NCBI GenBank assembly: GCA_963714975.1
Contig: CAVQQD010000002.1
Span: forward strand, 1,176,462-1,240,461
Direction: 5' to 3'
DNA: 64,000 nt
DNA from: an uncultured Gammaproteobacteria bacterium
GTDB lineage: Bacteria > Pseudomonadota > Gammaproteobacteria > JAURND01
Shown here: positions 54,380 to 64,000 of the stretch, piece by piece
Position numbering within the stretch: position 1 is the first letter of the stretch
Layout: each line of letters opens with the position of its first letter
Notes under the pieces: model-generated
Database searches by the model: none
Seen by the model: only the letters and a program-made list of their open reading frames with translations
What the model was told of the DNA's origin: nothing
Made by a program: the position numbers and the translations under genes

Positions 54380-56974
54380 TTAATTCGTACCCCCACCATT
54401 CAGACTCATCGACGACTGATAGCTTTGCTTCATCCGTAAGCCCGCCATCGCCAGCTCGATTTGATCCCTATAATCCTCATACCCTTTCTCGGTATAAACG
54501 GCTACGGCAACATTCGCACCCCCCATCATGCTGCCAATTTTGGGGAACCAATCGTATGTCCAATGATACACGCGATCCTTCAACTTCACAAAACTCTCAC
54601 AATCCTTATCCCCTACTCCCCACACGTCTTGGCACCGAGCCAAATGATATCCCGCCAAAAATTCATTGGGTTCAATCCTTAGTAATAATTCATACCAATC
54701 TTTGTAGTAGACTGGAGCAAACTTCATGATTAAAAATGTCTGCTTATAATATTTTCTATTGTGTTCTTCACAGGCGCGCCAGCTGGTGGCAAGAACATTT
54801 TCACCTAGTTGCCCAATGACATAGTTCACTACCTCTGGATTCATGCCATACATGGCACAATACAGCGGATTTTTACCTTGGGCATTGGGTAAATCCACTA
54901 GCGCCCCTTTGCCGATGGCGGCTTTAACTTTCACCAAACTGCCATTTTCACAAGCAGTAACTAATTCATTTTGTAGTGGCATCAATTGTTGGCGCTTTTT
55001 TTCATCGAGGGGGGCTGCTTTTGTTTTGGCTTCACTCGATGACGTGGCTTTAGAATTACTGGCTCCACTAAAGAATGCCGGTTGACTGGCATGTAGGGAG
55101 GGGGTAGTACTGGTCGAAGCTTGCGTCGCAATGGTGGATTGATGAGTCATCAGGCCGGATTGAGTCATAAAGCGAGTATTTTCTTTTTCTTCTTGCTTCC
55201 CACAATTCAGACCCATTGACTGATTGGTTTGCGCCGCCTGTAATACCTCCAGCGCCTGCTTAATTTGATTCCGATAACCTTCAAACCCCGTCTCTGTATA
55301 ATCGCAAGAGAAACGGCGCTCCCACATCTGGAGTCGGAGTTGAGAAAGCAACCTCACCTCCATCTTCAACCTAATAAAATTACAACACCACGACGTATCC
55401 TCAAAATCGTTCTGCATCCGATCGAGGTGATACCCCACCAAAAATTCATTGGGTTCAATCTTCTCGAGTAAATCATACCAATCTTTATAAGTATCAGGAG
55501 CAAATTTCATAATTAAAAAAGTTTGCCCATAATATTTTTTATTGTGTTCTTCACAGGCACTCCAGCTAGTGGCAGGGGCATTTTTATCACGCTGTTTAAT
55601 GAAATATTGCACTACTTCAGGATTCATACCGTACACGGCACAATACAGCGGATTTTTACCTTGGACATTAGGTAAATCCACTAGCGCCCCTTTGGTGATA
55701 GCGGCTTTAACTTTCGCCAAACTGCCATTTTCACAAGCAGTAACTAATTCATTTTGTAGTGGCATTAATTGTTGGTGTTTTTTTTCATCCAAAGGGGTTG
55801 GTTTTTTGACTTCACTCGATGTGGTGCTAACAGAGCTACTGGGTCCGCCAAAGAATGCCGGCTGACTAGCATGTAGAGAAGGAATAGTCGTCAAGACTGG
55901 CGTTATAACAGAAGATTGTTGCGTCACCAAATTGGATTGCGCCACAGTCACAAACTTGGTTATTTCTTTTTCTTCTTGCTTCTTCGGTGTTTTATCAACT
56001 TGATGTGTAGGGGCAAATTGGCTGCCATCGTTTAGCTTTTTCCCAACAGAAGAGCTGGGACTAGTACTAGGTGGCCCAGCTTTTTCTTTTATTTCACTCT
56101 TTTGAGCAGCTTGCCATAATTGATCGAGTTGTGTGGCTAATACCTTGGCCTCGGGACGTTTTTCGGGGGCTTGCCAACACTCTTCAGCAATCGTTCTAAA
56201 TTTTTCAGGTGTATCTGTTTGAAAAATTTCTTTTTTTCCACTCTTAATCCACTCGACAACCATACCTCCCGCTTCTTTATAGGGTTCTTTACGGCTGGCT
56301 AACTCCCACAGTATCATACCTGCGCTGTACACATCCGATTTTTTGGTGGGCCTCTCTGTGAAAGTTTCAGGAGCAGCCCACAATATAGTGCCTTTAAAAC
56401 CTCCTTTAGTAATTGCTGCAGAGCTGACTTTAATCTTCGCTGAGCCAAAATCAGCTAATTTCGCACGACCATTACTATCGAGCAGAACATTGAAGCTTTT
56501 TAAATCACGATGCAAAATATCTTTGCTGTGTAAATGATGTAGACCAATACTGATATCCAAACCAATACGATAGCGTGTACTCCAAGAAATATCTTGTCGA
56601 CTGTGTAAAAAATTATATAAATTACCGCCAGGCATGTATTGCATCACTAAACAATAATGCGGTTTTTCTAAACTGATACCTCTGAGAGGCACTAAATAAT
56701 CGGATTGGGTGCTGGCTTGCGCCATCACTGTCGCTTCGGTGAGAATTTCTTCTTGAGTCTCTTCACTAAAGTCTTGAGCAGGGTATTTTTTAATTGCTAC
56801 AGGATTAAAATCCCATTCTCCTAGGTACACTGTGCCAGAACTGCCTCCATCCAAACGCTCTTTATATATTAAATCGCTATGACGAATACTAAGCGACATA
56901 AAAAATCCCCCATCTGACTGGATGAGCGATGTGGAAGATTGGAGTTTGGTTTCAATGAGCTTGCCTTGTGCCAT
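54380..56974 (-). CDS. Eukaryote-like (TKL-type) protein kinase with duplicated ankyrin-like unit
   Basis: GGSSGTVY, VAIK, HRDLKSFN, DFG, WAAPE; two copies of LVTACENGSL...GKNPLYCA. Confidence 0.9.
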   Translation of the reverse strand: MAQGKLIETKLQSSTSLIQSDGGFFMSLSIRHSDLIYKERLDGGSSGTVYLGEWDFNPVAIKKYPAQDFSEETQEEILTEATVMAQASTQSDYLVPLRGISLEKPHYCLVMQYMPGGNLYNFLHSRQDISWSTRYRIGLDISIGLHHLHSKDILHRDLKSFNVLLDSNGRAKLADFGSAKIKVSSAAITKGGFKGTILWAAPETFTERPTKKSDVYSAGMILWELASRKEPYKEAGGMVVEWIKSGKKEIFQTDTPEKFRTIAEECWQAPEKRPEAKVLATQLDQLWQAAQKSEIKEKAGPPSTSPSSSVGKKLNDGSQFAPTHQVDKTPKKQEEKEITKFVTVAQSNLVTQQSSVITPVLTTIPSLHASQPAFFGGPSSSVSTTSSEVKKPTPLDEKKHQQLMPLQNELVTACENGSLAKVKAAITKGALVDLPNVQGKNPLYCAVYGMNPEVVQYFIKQRDKNAPATSWSACEEHNKKYYGQTFLIMKFAPDTYKDWYDLLEKIEPNEFLVGYHLDRMQNDFEDTSWCCNFIRLKMEVRLLSQLRLQMWERRFSCDYTETGFEGYRNQIKQALEVLQAAQTNQSMGLNCGKQEEKENTRFMTQSGLMTHQSTIATQASTSTTPSLHASQPAFFSGASNSKATSSSEAKTKAAPLDEKKRQQLMPLQNELVTACENGSLVKVKAAIGKGALVDLPNAQGKNPLYCAMYGMNPEVVNYVIGQLGENVLATSWRACEEHNRKYYKQTFLIMKFAPVYYKDWYELLLRIEPNEFLAGYHLARCQDVWGVGDKDCESFVKLKDRVYHWTYDWFPKIGSMMGGANVAVAVYTEKGYEDYRDQIELAMAGLRMKQSYQSSMSLNGGGTN

Positions 56975-57278
56975 GAGGGCTCTCCTTTGTTGTTATCGTG
57001 TTAGTGAGATTGAAATCGCAGCGAATAACTAATCTAAGGATTAAAAATGAAACGCAAGTAATGTAGCATATCAATTGAGATGGACTAAGTAAACCCTCAT
57101 CTAGAAAAGGTGAGGTGGTCTGGAAGCAAATTGCATTGCAGCGTGTTTTTGAGCAATAGACAAACGTTGTAGTATAAAAAACTCTGTATCATTTTTGGCA
57201 ATCATGCCAAAAAATATAGAATTTATAGATATTTTAAAAATGTTTGGAAAATTATTTTTCAGTAATTTTAATAATAAC

Positions 57279-58145
57279 TTAGAATAAGTAGTTCTGTACT
57301 ATTTGGATGCGACTATGCCCGAGTTCCTCGGACAATATCATCCTGGCACGAATATCCTGATTTTGTTCGGTATAGTTCATGTCGCGAAATTTTGGACCAC
57401 CGGCAATCGGTGCGAGCCAACCGGTGAGTTCAAAATAGCGTTGTTGCGCATACGCATGACGTAATCCATGAGATTTTATCCCCGCGCGTTGTAATTGCTT
57501 ATCGTAGACATAGCGATGCTGAATATAACTTTTAGCTTCGGGAATTAACGATTGATTGGGCGTGGGTAGCAAGCCTTTGGCTTGATCCAAGCACCCGCGT
57601 TGTTCTTCAGTGCGAATCGGAATCTCACGACTACGATTGCCTTTGCACCAGGAACCGAGTAACGATAATTTATTTCCCTGATCGGCCAGATGGGGTTTGA
57701 TTTTGAGCGATTCTTCGCGCCGCAAACCAAAGACGCGCTGTAATTCTACCGAGGCTTTGACATAGGGATCAGTGATTTTCGACAGATCGGGATGCACACA
57801 GGCTTTGTTTCTACGCGTTGAGGTGATGCGCGAACCCACTTGTAAAACTTTATTGCTCGCGACCAGCTCGAGCTTTTGCAAAACGTCTGCTAAATAACGT
57901 AAGGCCGCTAAGCGATTTTTAATAGTACCCACTGCTAATTTTTTCTGTTGCCAAAATCTCACTAAGGCCTGAATATGCTTAGGTTTAATTTGTTCGACTG
58001 TTGCAATTTTGTACCCTAAATCTATCACTTGCTCTAAAGCCTGCTGTAAAATTCCGCGGCGATCCCAACGCGTAGCAAAAGAACCGCAGCGGTCGCGTTT
58101 TAAGCATTGGTATAACGAGCGTTTTAATTGCGATTTGACACTCAT
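57279..58145 (-). CDS. Tyrosine recombinase (Integrase_1-like)
   Basis: FGLRREE, KG, HGLRHAYAQ, ELGHSR, NYL. Confidence 0.9.
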   Translation of the reverse strand: MSVKSQLKRSLYQCLKRDRCGSFATRWDRRGILQQALEQVIDLGYKIATVEQIKPKHIQALVRFWQQKKLAVGTIKNRLAALRYLADVLQKLELVASNKVLQVGSRITSTRRNKACVHPDLSKITDPYVKASVELQRVFGLRREESLKIKPHLADQGNKLSLLGSWCKGNRSREIPIRTEEQRGCLDQAKGLLPTPNQSLIPEAKSYIQHRYVYDKQLQRAGIKSHGLRHAYAQQRYFELTGWLAPIAGGPKFRDMNYTEQNQDIRARMILSEELGHSRIQIVQNYLF

Positions 58146-58168
58146 AATCTCAGCAAAATGTTCATTGT

Positions 58169-58402
58169 TTCAAGTCAGTTTAGTGTTTAGTCTCAATCGA
58201 CTTGCTGAAATAACAAACCGATTGCCATCCTACGAATGGCTACGAGACTTTTAGTCGGAGGGACGCTACGAACCTAACGGGCATCACCGACTGAGGTACT
58301 GCAGGCACTACCAATTTTCGTTGACTGAATTGACCTCCTATTACGTTGGGGTGGATGAAAAGACATCTCAAGGGATGTCGTAGAAAAGCAAGTAACACTT
58401 GC
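58169..58402 (+). ncRNA. Candidate structured RNA upstream of the recombinase
   Basis: Nested stems with G-U pairs valid on the + strand. Confidence 0.5.
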
Positions 58403-58938
58403 CTGGGTATAAATACTATTTCTCACGGGCTAAATGAAAACTTTCAACCGATGGGAATTTAAAATAGCAGTGCCTTACGAAGACAGCTCGTAAAAAATCA
58501 GCACTGAATCCATGAAGAATATTTCTAAAAAAATAGAAATAAAAACGACTTGAGAATAGAAACTTAAGTATGACTTTAAGTTCATTGAAATACTTCAAGA
58601 CAAATGCAGTACCACAGTACGGCATTGTAGAGAATTACCTTGCGGTAATGGCCAGAGTTTCATCTCTACGCACTGGCTTTTGCTCTGTTAGTTACAGTCC
58701 AAACAGAAAATGACCCTGGGCCTTAGCTTAAGCTATTTTCGTATTTCGTCAACAGTTTTCGTAATTGTTTTTGAATTTTGATATTCCCAACTATTTTTAA
58801 TCTTGTGCGAAGAAATATTTTTCAATCTATGCAACGAAAGGGTATTTCAGAAATTAAATTCGTGGTCTACTACTGGCCATGAAATAACGAAAATACACTG
58901 CTATAAAAAATAAGCATTTTATTTCGTAGGAGTCGCCC

Positions 58939-61900
58939 ATGCAGGAATCACTACTCACTTCATCAGATCCCACTCGCGTAGCTTCCTCCACCCCGAGTTC
59001 GAATCAGGAAAGCAAAACTTCCGCTTCCTGGCCCATGCTTTCTGCCGAAGCGCTGCAACGGGATGAGCCCCTCGAGGGAAAATCCACTACCTTGTTCCGG
59101 GGGACTTATCAAGGAGAAGCGGTGACGGTGCAGCTGTTGCCTGCTTCCCCACTACAGCAAAAGTCCCTGCAAGCTTTTGCCCAAAGCGCCCTGCCCTTTT
59201 GGTTACCGGTTAAAGGGATTTGTCAGGGGACCAAAAGCAGTTCCTTAGTCCTAGCGGCTTTACCTGAAATGCGCTTTGATCAATTTCTGAAGTCCTCCGC
59301 CAGTGAGTCTTGGGTGAATCGCTGTCGCCTGTTGCGGGATGTGGCGGTGGGTTTATACCAACGCCGTGCCTTAGGCGCGACCCACCTCGGTTGGGATTGC
59401 CAGCACTTATACCTCGATGCTCAAGATCGAGCCCAACTGCTGCCCTTGGTACAAGAGACGCCCATGACGGAAGCAGAAGATGTGGAGAAGCTCGGGCAGT
59501 TGATTTGGCACATCGCGAGTGGCTCCTCCACTGTGGCCAAAGAGTGGCAGAAAGGAGCGGGGCTGCCGCCCACCTGTCCGCCGGATTTAGTGGCGTTCCT
59601 GAAAACCGCCACGGATCCGGTGGCCTCGGCTCGCCCTTCGTTAAAAACTCTGGCCAAAGGGCTGGATGCCTGCTGGCAACGGGCCGGGTCGAAGGGGCCG
59701 GAGGGTGTGCCCTCCTCTGAAGAAAAAAGAGAAAAAATATGAAGTGTCTGTGTCCACGCCCTCGCCCAAGCCGCCCAAGCCAGAAATGAGTGAATCCCTG
59801 ACAATTACCGCTTCTCTGGTGAATACCACGCTGGGGACGAGTTCTTTAGGGGGTGTCTTGTTATTAACTGACGATCAAAGCGTGGGGTGGCTCAGTCCGT
59901 CTGATCCGCGCTATGGAGTGGGGGTGAAACTGTGTCAATTGCGCGATCATTTTCAAGCACAATCCGAATCCAAAGCGGTACCTGGATTGCAAAAGGCCAT
60001 TCAACAAACCCTGTTCCATTCTCGAATTGAAGTGTTGTTGTGGCTCGGAAAGGATGAAGAAGATCCGAGTGTGCCATTGACAGAAACCGCAAGAGGTTTA
60101 TGGCAAGCCCCCAAATGGCAAGCGTTCCGTCCGGGGGATCCACCCCCTAGCACTTGGCTGCCCCTGCAAGTGGCCCCCCAAAAAGGGGACTTCGCCCTTA
60201 TTTATCCATCGCCATCAGCCCCCGACGGGAACCGCCGATTTTACCGAAGCACAGTGGCATGAATTACAGAGTCACTATGCGTTATTTTGGCTGGTGCAAG
60301 GCACAGATCAACCGAAGAAACCTGGCAATCTGTATGAAGCCAATGAATTGTACCGAGCAGGGCGAACTCGGCTGGTATTACATAGCACCCTCAGCGCCGC
60401 AACAAAGCTGGAAGAAAGCACTTATTTCATGCCACACGATGCCCAGGGGCATTTACTCTCGACGCGGTATAGCCGTTACAGCAGTGATCCCCAATTTGAC
60501 CTGAGTACCTGGGAAGGCCGCTATCGCGGTGCCCTGGGTAGCGAGGCGCAACAAAACATCCCCACTCCTATCAGGCCAGCTACAGATTTGGCAATTAGCG
60601 CTGAAGAGAGCCAGCGATTTTGCCAGGAAAAAATCACTGCCGAGGCCAAAAAAAACATCATGGGGGAAGGCACTTCCGGCCTAGTGCTGCGCAGTACCTA
60701 TGGCGGCCAACCGGTAGCGGTGAAGCATTTTAAAGAAGCCAAACTCTCTCCCGCGGATAAATTGCAGCTCAAAAAAGAAGCGGCAATCATGGCTCGATTA
60801 CATTCTGACTTTTTGGTTCGCGTCTGGGGACTCTCCTTGCAACCGCCGTTACTGGTGATGGAGTTATTACCCCACAGTTTAGAAGCAGTGTTGACGGATT
60901 CTCACGCTAAATTGCCTTGGACTTGGCGCTATCGGTTATTACGGGATGCCGCATTAGGACTGGTGATATTACATCAGCATGAGTTATTGCATCGGGATTT
61001 AAAGAGCGCCAATATTTTAGTGGATGCCGAAGGCCGGGCAAAACTGGCGGATTTTGGGACCTCGATCCTGAGCTTGGCGGCGCAGCAAGTGGGGCTGGAA
61101 GGTACGCCTTCTCACATTGCCCCGGAAGTGATGGCCGGAGATACCCCATCTACCGCCGCCGATGTGTATAGTTTTGGCGTCGTGTGCTGGGAAGTCGCCC
61201 TGCGTCGTCAGGCAGATTATGCGTTTCTCACCCAGACGGCGCTGGCTCTCCAAAAAGGGCAGCGAGGCATTTTACCCTCGGAGTGCCCGCCCGCTTTAGT
61301 GGAAGTGATTTATGCTTGTTGTACCAGAACACCCACGCAACGTCCTGATATTCGTGGCGTGGCGCAAGCCCTGGAAGGCTTATGGCAACAAGCAATCTCA
61401 GCCGAGCAACCGACTTTGCCCTCTTCCATATCTTCACAACCCAAAGAAAGTAAACAAGACGAACCAATCCCCTCTCTCCATTCGGACACCTCAGACACTG
61501 AATTTAAACTCTTGCCAGTCAAAAGCTACATCCCCTCCTGGCTGAATAAACAGTCGCCGCGCTATACCGTAGGCGTTAAAATTCAGCAGCTGCGCCACAT
61601 GGTATTAATCGACTCCCACCTCAGCCAAGAGCTGTCTCGCTATATTGCGCCCAACGGTCAATCCCAAGCTGGGATAGGCCAACCCTCCGATCCTTTATTC
61701 CCTTGGGTAGAAAAAGAATTCTTACAAGGTCCTGCCCAGGTATTGGTGCTACAAGGCGTGGGAGGTGCTGGTAAAAGCACCTTTAATCGCCATTTACTCC
61801 GAACTCTGTGGGAAGATTCCGCTTGGCAGGCCTATCGTCCGGGGGATCCACCACCTCGGGCATTAATGCCACTGTTTATTTCGTTGTCTTCCGCCCAAAT

Positions 61901-64000
61901 TAATCCCCAGCAGTTGTGGAATTATTACCGTCGTCTTCCCGAGATCGGTGGTTTCACCTGGGATGAAATTCGGGAGCTACAAAGCGAGTATCATACCCTG
62001 TGGATTGCTGATGGGTATGATGAAATCCCAGGACAAGCCGCCCTCAATTTATACGATACCAATCATTTGCGTGACTCCGAGGGGCGGGTGAAACTGATCA
62101 TCGGCTGTCGCAGCCAGCGGGTGCAGGCAATCAACGAGGCCGACAGTTTAGTCCCACACACCAATGGGGGAGCACCGAACTGGTCGCGTTACCGAATGCG
62201 CCATCTCTCAGCATTTACAAAAGAACAAACCCAGGCTTACATTGCTAAGTATGTCGCTCAACACCGAAATGATCCTGATCACCCCAAAGACTGGGACGAG
62301 GCCCGCTACCAACGAAACTTTGCTGAGATCCCAGAGCTGTCCACCCTAATCGATACCCCGTTTATGCTGTGGATGAGCTTGTCGATGTTACCGACCTTGG
62401 CCGAAGCACCGAACCAGAAGAAAACTCACCCTGAAACCAAAGACCAGGGAGACCAAAAAGAAAGCAAACCGTTGAAATCGCTTTCCCATGACCCCACACC
62501 CATCACCCGTGCCATGCTCTACGATCGGTTTATGGACTTGTGGTTTACCCGTCAAGCCAAAAAAGCCTGGCAACAGCACAGTTTCCTGCAAGATCCCACG
62601 GCTATTCTTGGCAAACCGGCGATGCAAGCGATTAAAGAGCAGGCGGCTAAAATGGGCGGAGAAGATGTACAAGTGTACTGGCTCAAAGCCGCCTATCGAG
62701 CGTTTTGTATTAGTTTTGCCCAATGCCTGGTATCAACCAATCAAGTGAGCTTGCGCCACGATCCCACTTCTTCCAGCCTGGAAGAAGATTCAGTACAACA
62801 CTTACTGGGTGATCAGCTACTTGATGGCGCCCGCTTGCGCCAGGGTTGTCCCTTGCAGGAAAGCCACGATCACAGCTGGCGTTTTCTTCATGCTTCCCTT
62901 GGGGATTATTTTATGACTACCGCGGTGACGGAGCAGCTAGTAGTGGATCCTACCTCTACTGACGTAGATTCACTTTTCCACTTCAATCAAACGCAGGCAG
63001 TTAATTTACTTAATCGAGCACCCCTGGCATCGGAACAAGTGCGTTTTCTGGTCGATCGGGTCAGCATCCAACTCGACCTGCAGAAAGCCCTGTTCGCCCT
63101 GATTGAACGCAGCAAGGAAGAAACAGTCCTCGCAATAGCTTCTAGCAATGCCGCCACCGTACTCAACGCTTGCCATATCAATTTCAGCGGACGCGATTGG
63201 CGTGGCGCACAACTACCTGGCGCGAACTTAAGCTACGGGTTGTTGGCACATACCGATTTACGTCAAGCTAATCTACGTGGCGCCACTCTGTGCCATACCA
63301 TTTTTTATCGTGCTAATCTAAAGGATACCGATTTAAGAGAAGTTCACTGGGGAGAAAGGCCCTGGCTGCGGTTGGCTGAACAAATTCGTGCTGTCGCCTG
63401 GCATCCCCACGAACCCTGGTTGGCGGTCTCACCAGGATACACAATTGTGTTATGGGACAGCGCCAGTGATCAACCGATCGGTCAACGACTCATAGGGCAT
63501 TCAAGTAGTGTGATGAGTCTCGCTTTCAGCCCCGATGGCCGTTGGCTCGCCTCCGGCAGTTATGATAAGACCGTACGCTTGTGGGATACCGCCACACAAA
63601 AGAGTACGATTCAGCTCACTGGGCATTTAAGTTACGTGACAAGCGTCGCCTTTAACCACGATGGCCAGGTGCTCGCCTCCGGGAGCAATGACAAAACCGT
63701 GCGGCTGTGGAAGGTAGCCACGCAAGAACTGGTGGGTGAGCTCAAAGGGCATTCGAAAGGAGTGCAGAGTGTCGCCTTCAGCCCCAACGGCCACTGGCTC
63801 GCCTCCGCAAGCGATGATCATACTGTGCGCCTGTGGGAGGTCACCACCCAAAAATATGTGGGTGAACTTACCAGACATGTGGAAGGAGTGCAGAGTGTCG
63901 CTTTCAGCCCTGATGGCCGTTGGCTCGCCTCAGGAGGCTCGGATGACAGAGTGTGCCTCTGGGAGGTGGCTACTCAAAAGCTGGTGGGTGGGTTCATCGG
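58939..64000 (+). CDS. Pseudokinase, degenerate NACHT, kinase, NACHT, pentapeptide, WD40 protein (frameshifts ~59730, ~60220; runs off window)
   Basis: Manual reading from ~60220: GEGTSG, VAVK, HRDLKSAN, DFG, GVGGAGKST, DGYDE, pentapeptide repeats, GHSSSVMSLAFSPDG...VRLWD. Confidence 0.85.

Larger units (their letters stand above)
19532..64000. mobile_element. Accessory island starting at tRNA-Phe 3' end (right limit not seen)
   Basis: No housekeeping genes after the tRNA; IS elements, recombinase, effectors; AAATCAA-containing tail like that after tRNA-Ile2. Confidence 0.55.

Noticed and set aside
63480-64000. ~126-bp periodic repeats as CRISPR or DGR
   Set aside because: They are in-frame WD40 repeats; no cas or reverse transcriptase genes. 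The 36600-37600 periodicity is TPR.

Overview
Window from an AT-rich gammaproteobacterium; gene content (eukaryote-like effectors, palindromic repeats) suggests Legionellales/Coxiellaceae, which is an inference. A core block (tRNA-Ile2(CAT), rpoD-dnaG-yqeY-rpsU, acnA-purE-purK-mutY-yggX, stress genes, tRNA-Phe; about 5.97-19.53 kb) lies between two tRNA-anchored accessory regions. Both carry a diverged copy of one divergent cassette. Leftward is a formylating NRPS (F-A-T-E-C-A-T-TE) followed by a cytoplasmic PAS histidine kinase. Rightward is an XYP-type cyclodipeptide synthase (CDPS), a PQ-loop/PAS histidine kinase and an atypical receiver, preceded by a ~430-nt leader whose stems covary between the copies. 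This looks like a small-peptide make-and-sense module with RNA-level control and is the best candidate for an undescribed system. The left copy is decaying (IS1380 in the CDPS, truncated kinase). The right island also holds three TM-protein/kinase effector modules, a kinase-OTU-NB-ARC-TPR-CaaX protein facing a U-box-CaaX protein, an IS621-like IS110 with readable bridge-RNA guides, a tyrosine recombinase with an adjacent structured RNA, two more long structured intergenic tracts and a kinase-NACHT-WD40 protein. Single-base frameshifts occur even in rpoD, so most are probably sequencing errors.
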